Source: Podarcis vaucheri | Lineage: Eukaryota | Reading direction: 5' to 3' (one strand) | Assembly (NCBI GenBank): GCA_965113315.1 | Contig: OZ220364.1 | Length of the DNA stretch: 64,000 bases | Made by a program: the position numbers and the translations under genes | The notes under the pieces: generated by a model | What the model was told of the DNA's origin: nothing | What the model saw: only the letters and a program-made list of their open reading frames with translations | Database searches by the model: none | Part shown: piece by piece, positions 50,324 to 61,461 of the stretch | Position numbering within the stretch: position 1 is the stretch's first letter | Layout: each line of letters begins with the position of its first letter

Positions 50324-53300
50324 GTAAGTTTCCATTACATCATGTTCTCTATTTCTCCGTAGCTGACACGTCTTATATATGTGTGCATGCAAGTGAAGCT
50401 CATGTGACAAGGTCAGAAAAGAACCATAATACCGAACTCGACGACCAAAGTTCTTTATCCAGGTGAAGAGCTCTTGTCTCTTGCACAGTCTGGGCTCTGG
50501 TATTAAGTGCCTTGTTTTAATGGTACCAGCCCTTTTCTATTGCTACTAGAAATTGCCCATCAGGATATATTCATGCCTTGTATACGCAAGCTTCGCACTT
50601 CCACCATTTTGAGATGCCAGCCATCTTTTTAAGAATGGACACTGGAGTGGGGCAGGCGGGGCTGTTATATATTAAGATGTAGTTATCCAGCCCAGCTCAA
50701 TGGCTCTCTGGGCCGCCGTCACTCCTGCCGTCCCAGTCTTTGCTAACGCTGTCCGCTTGCCCTTCTGCATCATGGTTGCCTTGGAGACTGGCTAGCCGTC
50801 ATTGCTGTGGAGAGGCTGCAGCCTTCTGGCCCAGCCAGAGATTATCCACTTGTGGCAGCTGGAGTTATTGTCAAGAGGGGCAGGCCTCAGAAGCACCCTG
50901 AATCTTGTTAAGCAGCAGATGCTTAGTTAAAAGCTACAAAGGAGGCCCATGGAAGGAGCACCTGCTGTTTCTTTTGTTGGGTAGCTTGTTTACCAGGCTG
51001 CACCCATACAACTGTCACAGAAACACTGAAGTGTTTTTAAATGTGTTCTCATGACCATAGGTGGGAAAAGACCCTACCAGGCCGTGAGAGAATTTATCCA
51101 GGTTTGGAAATGTAAAACTTCCTATTGTTACCTCAAAAGGGAATGGACCTTTTTAGTGTCTCTCTCTGTGGGAACTTTAAGCAGGGCTGTCAGGAGGGAT
51201 AGTGTTGATGTTCATGTATGCCTGGTCATCTGGGTGCGGCTCTGTGGCATTTTGTGTGTATTTGTTTATAGTAGGAGTGACATAAATGTGTGGACTGGCT
51301 GTTTTGGATACAATTTCCATTATTGTTCTTAAGGCACACAAAGGGTTTGTCTTGGCGCACACAAAAGCTGTTAGTAAAATAGTTGGGGAAGGAACAGCGC
51401 CACTAAACAAAAGTGTTGTTGTACCCACATATTTGCTGGCTATATATAAGAGGAATGAGAGAGCACCTATCCGCTGTCTACTACTTCTGGATTTATTTTA
51501 TTTTTATTTATTAAAACATTTATAGACCACGCTTTTATAAAAACACAGCAAGGTGATATACAGCATACAAAATTACAATTGGATAAATAAAAACGTCAGT
51601 AAATACATCAATAAACACTGGTTGGTAAAAATAAATTCACATTGCAAAGGCCTGCCTGAATAACACAAGTTTTTTAAGGAGACGTCTAAAAGATGGCAGG
51701 GATGAGTCTTGCAGGAAATTCCACCAAAATATGTGTAGCCAAGTACAAAATGGGTAAGATGAGACCATCTGTTGTCCTTTTGAGTAGTGAGCGCTCAGCA
51801 CCAAGCACTAAAAGATGCATCACTTGCATGCCTTATTTTCTGGAACCAACAAGGCACAGCTGTCTAGACCACAAAACCTCATTCCTAGCCTCTTTGATGA
51901 GAGTTTTTATTTCTCTTAAAGAAGGAGGAGGAGGAAGATTCTGCCTTCCCCTCTCTCAATTGCTGAATGCGTCCACCTTTGATTTTTTTTTTAAGTGCAT
52001 GCAGGGAAGGCAGAGACTAAGCAGATGCCAGGTATGTGTGAGTCATAAGTAATCAGTGGTGCAGAGCCGCACAGATGAATATTTTTTTCTCTGTGTGTGT
52101 TTTTCTTCTTGTATTTGCTGCTCTGAAGTCATATTTTCCTGCCCTCAATGCAAAAAGTACATTCCCTCCTCCCTACTTGCGGTATAAAACGTCTTGTGTC
52201 AGCTGATCCGCATGGATTGAAATTACCCAACTCATTCTGGTGTCATTCTCCCTGAAAAGTAACTTTGCATCACTGTAAGAGGAGAACAGGGTGGGGGCAA
52301 GGGAAATAGCAGAAACAGAGGAGTGATGGTGGAAGCCATACCCATTTCTTTTTTAAAATAGAAATTCAGTTGTACAGGGGTTTATTTCCTCTGCCTTTTT
52401 TGTGGTTTTCAGTTCTGAGAATGTCAGCTGTGCTGCGGAAAATAAATTTACCTAGACTTTTTGTAACTGAAACATCTTCCCATTTTGCTGGGCTCATTGG
52501 ACACACATGCCTAAGTTAAAAATACACATAGAAAGGAGCAATTCCTCCCTTGCTGCTGCTGCTTGCTATTAAAGTCCTGTTTACTCATGCTTCCTAATTT
52601 CGTTTCAAACTTGGCCACTGTTCTCTTTGGCTGCTGTCCCCTGTGTCACATGCTAATAGATCTATGTGGTGACAAGGGGGCTTGGCTTCCCCTCTGTGAA
52701 AGGTTTACAGCTCATTTTATTGATCTGCTTTACAGCCCAGTCCTATAATATCTCCTCCTATTAAGTTCATTGGGACTTATTTTCAGGTAATGTGCACAGG
52801 ATTGCAGTCTCAAAGGAGTAATTCCTTCCTGAATGTCTTGTTTCCCATCTGTCCAAAGTCTATTCTTCTTGAGTTTTACTGTCCCTAGAACATGATCCTT
52901 GACCTCCTGTTTCTTTATTTTGAGAATTTCTTGAGCTTTTTTCTCACCTGGATTAACTCTGCTTATATTTTGCTACTTATCCATTTTAAATCTCACTTGT
53001 CCGGGGCGGGGAACTGTGGGTATCCCCCATCGGTCATAGCCAGCATGGCCAAGGGATGGTAAGAGTTGCTGAGGTCCACAGGGAGATTCACCTTCGTCCT
53101 CTATTAAATATAGCGGCTGAAGTGTTGGATTTGCCTTGAAACATAATCATTTCCCCATTTGGGAAATCTGAAAAAATTCCCAACATCAATCTGCTATGAA
53201 GGTGCTTGAGATAAGGACTGTATGGTGCTTTGCACACTAGAAACAGATAACTGATAAGGAAGTTAAGAAGATACGAGGGTTCAGTGTGCAGAAGAAGCCA

Positions 53301-53446
53301 CAGAGTGGTGATTAAGCTCACAAGATGGAGGAGGAGAGGGCAGAGGGTGAAGAAAGAGCAGTGAGTGGGGGTGGGGTGCACTTTCCCCATCCCCTGGGAA
53401 ACTCAACAAACATGCTGTACCTGGAATTGCGTGTGGGGAGTGCAGC

Positions 53447-53616
53447 TGAATGGGACACAGCTGTGGGTGGCCTGAGGAAGTACCATCCACCTTGGGCCTG
53501 CCCATAGAAAGCAAGTCTTGAAAGAGAGAGACTAGGGTGATGTCCGCTGTTTCCATGAACTCTTCTCATTGTGAGACGTTTGTGAGAGTTTGTTGGACCC
53601 TGGGCGAGAACCAGGA
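53447..53616 (-). repeat. unclassified interspersed repeat, copy 2
   Basis: Reverse complement of the 47706-47960 element without the SINE insertion. Confidence 0.8.
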
Positions 53617-54034
53617 AAGAAATTCATCATAGGATCAGCACACCCGTTGCAAACACATCCAATATACTAATAGTGAATTCATTCTCCAAATGCCGTTCCT
53701 AGGGCAGCTTCTAGGAGCCAAAAGTGCCCCAGGAGGAGCACAAAGTACTACCAGAGGTACTACCCCTCCCCTAACGCCCCATAGTGGACTAGGTGGGTCA
53801 TTTTGCCTGATCCAGCAGGCTCACCTTACGTTCTTATGACAAAAGTTAAAGGGTAGAAAATGGAGGATTGAGCCTAGAGTAGTGAGGATTTCTTTAGGGG
53901 TGTGATAACTAATAACAAGGTCACGTTTTTTTGGTCATGGTATTTATGCATAGGCTGTGGATCTGAATATGGGAAATGGGGTTCTACTTCTTGCTCAGCT
54001 CTCTGAATGATCTTACACTTAGCTTTAGGTCTCT

Positions 54035-54168
54035 TCCTAGCTCAGTCAGTAGAGCATCTCAGGGTTGTGGGTTTGAGACCCACGTTGGGCAAAAGGCTCC
54101 TGCATTTCAGGCAGTTGGACTAGATGACCCTTGTGGTGTCTTCCAACTCTATAGTTCTACGATTCTAT
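54035..54168 (+). mobile_element. tRNA-derived SINE with CR1 tail (Squam2-like)
   Basis: tagctcagtcagtagagcat A-box region, ggtttgagaccc B-box-like, ttggactagatgaccc...ttccaactcta...ttctacgattcta tail. Confidence 0.8.
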
Positions 54169-54278
54169 AGGCTGCCTGAAAATAGCTAAATGGAAACCAA
54201 GGAGGACCTCTGTACGCTTGAGGACCAACTTGATCTTCCCTACACCAACCCGTTTTTTTGTTTCTTTCAACATGTCAG

Positions 54279-54386
54279 ATTTGTGCCATCGTTGGAGGAA
54301 CCTTCACAGTGGCTGGGATTCTTGATTCCTGTATTTTCACTGCCTCTGAAGCCTGGAAGAAGATCCAGCTAGGGAAGATGCAGTAA
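54279..54386 (+). CDS. ERGIC1: ERGIC1 last coding exon 10 (second TM segment, cytosolic tail, stop)
   Basis: tttctttcaacatgtcag|ATT...CAG TAA; encodes ICAIVGGTFTVAGILDSCIFTASEAWKKIQLGKMQ*; 108 nt. Confidence 0.97.
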   Translation: MCAIVGGTFTVAGILDSCIFTASEAWKKIQLGKMQ

Positions 54387-54426
54387 CAAAGCAACTCTCC
54401 TCCAGGTCCTGTGAGAAGAAGCAAAG

Positions 54427-54432
54427 AATAAA
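54427..54432 (+). terminator. proximal poly(A) signal candidate of ERGIC1
   Basis: AATAAA 40 nt after the stop, followed by T-rich ttttcctcctttgtatcgtttt. Confidence 0.5.
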
Positions 54433-55850
54433 AACGTCACTGCTATCCATTTTCCTCCTTTGTATCGTTTTCCATTGGTACATGCCACTTTAATTAGTTA
54501 ATTGAAGACTTTGTAAAAGAGCAAACAAATCTAGTAGCGCAATCCTAACAAGGGGCTGGGGAGGTATGGAGCAGAGGACCCACCTGGTGTTACATCCAAA
54601 GATCTACCAGCCCTGAAACACACCTTTGGGGCTTTCTATGCCCTACTGCAATCGAAAGTACCGTCAGTGGGAGATGACCATCTGCCTGGCATAGCTTGGA
54701 ACTCAGCTATGGCAGAGCCCTGCCCCCAGCAACACTCCTCTCTGCTGTCAAAAGCCACCAGAGAGGAATCTATGCAGCATTCTAGCCCTCTCCCACTACT
54801 CTGCCAGCCATCCAAGTGTAAGGTTCAGATTGCACTGTGTGTGTCTTGAAAGATGGCAGCATTGACAAGTGGGTGGGGCTTCCTACACTACATCCTCTGA
54901 AAATGATTTTTGTTGTAAAACCAAATCCTATGGATCTGACTAGTATAATTATTTTTAAATTCTCACAGGTGCTGGTCAAGGCGAAAAATAATTATGCAAA
55001 GTAGATTTTTCTTTTCAATCAAAATGGACAATCATGTTGTCTTTGACAAAAATTGTGCATGAAAAACCCTAGCCTGGATATTGAGATCATTCAGAACAAC
55101 AGGAAAATAGAACAATCTATTCCTATTAATCTTCTGGGATGTTAAAATGGTTTCTCTTCTTTTCAGAAACTGAACAGTGTTAGCATTTATAGATGGCATA
55201 AGGCAGCAGGACAAAAGCAGAATGAATGAATTGAGAACTGCAATATGCAGCAGAAGATGATGATCACTATCTACTGCTGCATTTTTTTGTTACTTCCTTC
55301 TGCCTTTTGAAGCATTTACTGCACCTCCTGCCCAGGTTAGAATGTCTGGATTGAAAGAGGAGAGAATGAGGCACTCCAGTAACCTGGATGGATGAGCATA
55401 ATTTTGAAAGACACGAATGCCAAGAACATAGGACTTGGCCCTCAGTATGTGGAATCCAAATCCTTGTACATATTTTTCAATTGTTTGCTTATCTTTAAAA
55501 TTATTTTAGATTGCCAACATTTGCCAAGGAGGATAGGTACAGCCCTGTAAAAAACGAGACAAGGCTGCAGCACAGATGTTTTCTACAGGTGCATTTCAAT
55601 CTTAAGTATAAAACAATTGTTTGTGTGTGCCTGCAATGATTGGGGGAAAGGCAGAAATACTGCTAGTAGTAGTTTTTAATATGCTGTTGACATTGAGAAC
55701 TACAGCAAGATCTATAATTTCAATAGACCTCAAATAGTCCTTTGATATATGAATCAAGTGATAATTAGTTGCATGCTTTGTAAATTTTATATCACCTAGA
55801 TATGAATGCACATTGGCTGTGTGTTCTCTAGGTTTTGCTGCACTTCTTAA

Positions 55851-55856
55851 AATAAA
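55851..55856 (+). terminator. distal poly(A) signal candidate of ERGIC1
   Basis: AATAAA with upstream TGTA (about 55779-55782) and downstream GT/T-rich tgttacagtttgg...gtattttgttg. Confidence 0.6.
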
Positions 55857-56064
55857 CACTAAGAATTTACATGTTACAGTTTGGGGGAGGGTATTTTGTT
55901 GCTGGAATAATGTGTGATCTTTTAAGGGTGACCTTTGAAAAATGTGGAAGTGTCATATCAAGACACTGTGACTAAATGACACAAATCTGCACATATTTAC
56001 TTGGAAGTAAGTCTAATTGAATTCTATGGAGTTTACTTTTAGGTAAAAGGATACAGAATTACAG

Positions 56065-56573
56065 CAGGGATGGTGAATCTTTGACCCTCCAGGTGTTATT
56101 TGGCTACAACTCACATCATCCCCGACCACTAGCCATCTCTTTGGTGGTGGTGGTGGTGGTGGGGAGGGAGCCTGACCCAGGCCATGCCATTTGGTAGGGG
56201 ATTTCATCTGTTATTGGCAGCCGTGGCTAGCAGCACCGCCACCTGGCAAGCCCTCCTGTCAACCTGCCAAGGCTCTTCACATCCTCCCTTCCTAGAGGGG
56301 ATGCAAGGAGCTGGAAGAGCCTTACTGCTGCTGCTGCTGCTGCTGCTTTCAGTGTGGTGGCACCACCACCACCACAACAAAAACTAAGCCAGGAGAGGGG
56401 CTGCCATGGCCACCATCACCAGGAAGCGGAAAAGGGGCAAGGTGAGGGCAATGAGGGGCCCCACATCGTGATTTGTCACAGGTCCCACACACCCCTATAG
56501 TGGGTTCACCTGGCTGGAGCTGACAAAAGTCCATCTGGAGGGCCACAGGTTACATCCCCCCACCCCACCCCTG
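56065..56573. mobile_element. hAT-type non-autonomous element containing (GGT)n, (CTG)n and (CAC)n tracts
   Basis: CAGGGATGGTGAATC start, catctggagggccacaggtt...cacccctg end; flanks gaattacag / ggattacag. Confidence 0.7.
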
Positions 56574-57689
56574 GGATTACAGCCTTCATCTGCCCAGTAT
56601 GTCTGTGTGAAAATTTCACTCTGCTATGGTGTTGGAAAGATAGCAATTTTTCTCTGATTGCAATTCTCACTGATTCCCCCCCCCCCTCCTCAACAGCCCT
56701 TTCTTCACTGATTTTGAATCCTTCATGCTTTTACAATGTTGATAAAACATCTTTAGAATTCCCCCTACCTTTCTTACGAAATGATTTGTTATATTGGTGT
56801 AAAACTGGATCTTGTAACTTCCTGTATCTTGTTTAATATTTGGATGGATTTTATACATTTTTTTTTCCATTTGCAAAAATCAAATTGAAAATAATACATG
56901 AGTGTTCATTTCTGTCTCCCTGTGCCTTTCTTACATGGATATGAGGTTGGGTTTTTTCTGAGGACGAAAGTGTACTGTACCACTTTTCATCCAAATGCCA
57001 CTTTTAACCCTCCCCCCCCCCCAATTCCACCAGCCCCTTCAAGTCTCTTCTACTCTCACCAGAGGCCTAAAAGAACCTTCTCTCCCCCCCCCCGCCCACC
57101 CCATGTCATTTATTACAGATATGAGCCCCCTCCTTCCTGCCCCATTGTCCTTCGCTGTCCCTGCCTGTTGAACCAGCCAATGTTTACAGTGCAATGATCA
57201 GGACATAAGAAGAGCCTGTCCTCTCAGTGACCATGCCAGTGGGGAAACGAATGCGCACAAGAGCATTTTCCCCTCCTGAGGTTCCAGCAACTGGTATTTG
57301 GAGGATTGCTGCCTCCAACTGTGGAGGAGGATGGACTGGTGTAAATACAGTTATGGAGAAACTGTATAAAACCACAGCAATCCTTTTTTAATCGTGGCTA
57401 CGGATCTCAAGACCAGAAGTGCCCTGGACCTCTGTGAGGGCCTGCTGGAACCAAATTCACAAATTCATCACAGGCTGCCCAGATGCAGAAAGAGGGCAAG
57501 GGCTCCTGCCTGCCCTTCCAATAGTTGTGCAGAGGAGGCAATACCTGTACTACTGGTAGGTGTAGTTTCTCATTGCAAGCTGCGGAGGCTGAAATCTCCC
57601 CTTCCCCGCAGACTTATTTCAATGGAAAGGAGCTTTGGTTGGTTCTCTTTTTGCATCTGGCCATCTCGCAGCTGCGAGGGCAGCTACCA

Positions 57690-58580
57690 CGGGCGAGGTG
57701 TGGGGCTCCTTTAGAAGTGTATGGGACGGCGGCTGCTTCAAGGGTGCAAAGATGGCAGGAGAACAAAATGTTTAGAAATCAAAGCGAGCGCATACGAATA
57801 CGAATACGCATACGCCACGCTGCTGGCGGGACATTTATCCGCTGGTCTCACAAGTTTTGTGTCCCCTGGCGGAAAGTGGGCTCAGCCCAGGAGCGGGACA
57901 GCCCTCGCATTCCTTACAGCAGCGGACTTGAGGCTCTCCCTCCGCGCGCTTCGCTTCTTCTCCGGACTGCAAAGCTCCGCTCGCTCGAGGCGCGGCAGTC
58001 AAAGCAAGCAGCGCCCAGTTGTCTGCACCGGCTCCTGCTGCAGTTTCCTCCGAAGGACGCGCGGGGGCGCTGGCCGTTTCTCCTGCGCTTCCGTTCCGTC
58101 GACGTTTCTCGGAAGCGTGTGGCGTTCTCGCGAGAGCTGAGGTCTCACCAGCACCGGCGGAAGTAGAATCAACCTCTCTTTCCGGGCGGCCATAGCCGAG
58201 GCAGCAGCGGGTAAGAATGGAAGGAGGATTGTAATCTGTTATCATCGGCCCACTGACGGCCGAGACCCCGTTGCAGTTTACCGGGGAGCATGCGGGGTGG
58301 AGGGGGCGTCGCGGTGGTTCCTATATTTGAGGCGGGAGGAACCATTTTCTCCGTCGGATCTGCTCACCTCTTTCCGTGGCCGGTTTGGGGCCTGGGAATG
58401 CCTGGCAGTGGTGCGCTTCGCCCCATAATGCTCTCCGGTGGAAGTGCTGTCTGAGGAGGAGATGGGAGGGAGAAAGTGGATAGAAGGCCTGACGTTGGAA
58501 CGCATTCCCAGGTTATAGGGACATAGACGGCTGGAGTGCTTTCCCTTCCGCATAATGCGGAGCCACATCTCCCAGCGTCA
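57690..58580. promoter_or_regulatory. CpG island promoter of RPL26L1/uL24
   Basis: Only extended non-repeat CpG-dense stretch in the window; TCTCGCGAGA (BANP/CGCG motif) 58126-58135, ETS/GABP CGGAAGT 58158-58164 and 57870-57876, YY1-like GCGGCCAT 58186-58193. Confidence 0.92.
58174..58210 (+). other. RPL26L1: RPL26L1/uL24 non-coding exon 1 with TCT initiator / 5'TOP
   Basis: CTCTCTTTCC pyrimidine start, gcggccatagccgaggcagcagcgg resembles vertebrate RPL26 5'UTR, donor G|gtaaga; exact TSS uncertain by a few nt. Confidence 0.85.
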
Positions 58581-59377
58581 GGCTGATGGGAGTTGGAATC
58601 CAACGTCTGTAGGCTCACAATTTACCTAAATGCTGATATAACCTGATAAAGCTGTTCCGTGTGTGTCTTTGAGCCTGACTTTCCATACTACTGCTTATGT
58701 TCTCTCAGCGTTTTACTGGGGTATTGAGATGTTTAATTTTACTCCATCCCCGTCTCTTGGGAGTCTGCTGCCTGTCCCAATTATTTTAGTGCTGTAGCTG
58801 CCACTGTTAAAAATCCTATACGCACTTTTTTGGGCATAATGCACACTGAACATAGCAAGAATTATTTCTCCTGATAACACATTGCTGCTGGTTTTCAGTA
58901 CAGCTGAGCAACTTGAACTTTTATTGCATGAGCGTGAATATAAGAGTAGAGCAGACATTGATTTATCGTGGCCAGAATATAGTCAATAATGACTAAGCCA
59001 GAATGCTCCTATACCAAATATTATATGGGCCTTAAGAAATATTGCGCTGAAAGCTTATAACTCCAGTGCTGTGAAAGAAACATTTTACAGGACATTAATA
59101 GAGTCCAAGTTATAACTGAGCTTTATATATGTCTTGTAAGCTTGGCATTCCAGTGTCAGGCTCACAACCCTGCACCCCCACAGCTCCAAATGTCTCAGAC
59201 TTGCTTGTCTTAACTTTCTCAGGATATATACAAAGTGCAAAAGTATCTTTGAGACCTTGGCTGCTAACATGTTTTTGAGTTTGGGGGTGCTCCTTTCCAA
59301 TTATTACATTTTTTTATAAATGCTGTTTTATTGAGGGATGATTGGTAGTCATTTTTCCTCGCTAGACTTCAGTGTGA

Positions 59378-59602
<225 letters not shown>

Positions 59603-60755
59603 TGATTTCTTCTGCGAAGAATAATGGTTTTGTTTTCAACTAATAAAGGCAATAGACGTCAGCGAGGTAAATGGTTAGTTTTGAAAACAATTTCTAAGCA
59701 ACATTTTGTGGGTTTCCTTATGCATCAAATACCACATTCTAAACTGCATGGAGATCAGGCCCATTCATTCAAGCAGCAATTTTAGGTGGTCACCTTTAAT
59801 GCAATGTGTGGGTGCTGTCCCACATAAGAAGCTGTTTTATGCCAGTGTGTGGAAGCAAAAACAGCCAGTGTGTCTGCGGCATTTCAGATCAAGTGTGTTT
59901 TGGCTGATTGCCATACTATCAAAGCCCTTTAATTTCAATCAATTAAAATTGTGTAAGAGTCATGTCATGCAAACAAATGTCCAAATAGGTCAAACAGTGC
60001 TTAGTGAAAACCAGAATTGGAAACTGGTATGCAAACAAACTTCAAACTAGAATTTGTTAGCATTCATTGTTTGTGCCAGCCATAGTTTGCCAGATTTGGA
60101 TGTCATGGTGGACCTATTACTTGCAACCAGGAAGAGGGAAATTAGCCAACATCGGGAAGAGGAAGGTGGCTGTGTTCCCATGGTACAATCCCAATGTTTG
60201 GTTTTTACAATCTGGAACTGTGATCTGAAGTGAACCCCCAGGAGAAGAAAACTAACATAGTAGCATTGTGCTATGGAAAAAGAGCATAGAATGAAAGGCA
60301 TTTTAATCATCCGAGCTGTCTCCTTGTCTTTGGGATGAAGGTCAGTTATGACAACTTTATTCTCATAGGAATGGGAGGAATTGCTGGAACACTGGGAGTA
60401 ATGCACAAGCAAGTCAATGAAGGTTTTAAGATTGCCTTCCGGCATATGGCTGGAAATGGTGCTTTTTTGGTGTGCAGATTTATTTCTGTTCGAGTGAAAA
60501 AACAAATTCAGTTTTCAGATTAGCAATGTATTGTGGGTGCTTGCAATAAAAACTTTTTAGCATAGTAAATATTTAATATTGTATCAGTCTTATTGTCCCT
60601 GAATCTAGTTTCCTGCCTGGCCTGTGTAAGAGAAAGTATTTCCTCTTTATTTAATCCAATGCTTAGTGCATGAAATTCTCTGCTGTAGAAAGGTGATTAC
60701 GATACTGTGTATAACAATGATACCTGAGAATATTAAATATTTTTTGTATTTGTAG

Positions 60756-60941
<186 letters not shown>

Positions 60942-61211
60942 TGAATTATTCTGTTAAATAGAGTGCAATCCTGGTAGCTGTAGATAACTGGCATTACTTA
61001 GTTCTGCAATCAGAATTCTCGTTTCCCCAACAGCAGTTGTTAAACATACATGATCATCAAGAAAAAGAGGCACTTCAGGAGACCAAAACTTGGAACAATC
61101 CAAGGAACTTTTTCAAAAAACAAAAACTTTCATATGTGGTGGTTAAAGAATGTAATCCATATAAAAGTAGCCGTCCCTTTATATTAACACTTTACAAATA
61201 GTTAATATATA

Positions 61212-61461
61212 CAGTCGTACCTTGGAAGTTGAACAGCTTAGTTTCCGAACGTTTTGGCTCCTGAATGTCGCAAATCCTGAAGTGACTGTTCTGGTTTGCG
61301 AACTATTATTGGAAGCTGAACGTCCGTCAGGGCTTTTGCGGCTTCTATTTGGCGGCAGGAGCTTCCTGCAGTCAATCAGAAGCTGTGCTTCAGTTTTTGA
61401 ATGTTTTGGAAGTTGAATGGACTTCCGGAACAGATTCTGTTCAGCTTCCAAGGTACAACGG
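61212..61461. mobile_element. Tc1/mariner (Tigger-like) MITE
   Basis: TIRs CAGTCGTACCTTGGAAG / CTTCCAAGGTACAACGG with TA flanks. Confidence 0.85.

Noticed and set aside
57525-58166. 213-aa ORF, the longest in the window
   Set aside because: Non-ATG start, Arg-rich low complexity, spans a stop-poor CpG island, no recognisable protein
60047-60505. - strand peptide KVVITDLHPKDKE resembling RPL26 exon 4 (KVVITRLKLDKD)
   Set aside because: Wrong strand and position, and the similarity does not extend; treated as coincidence
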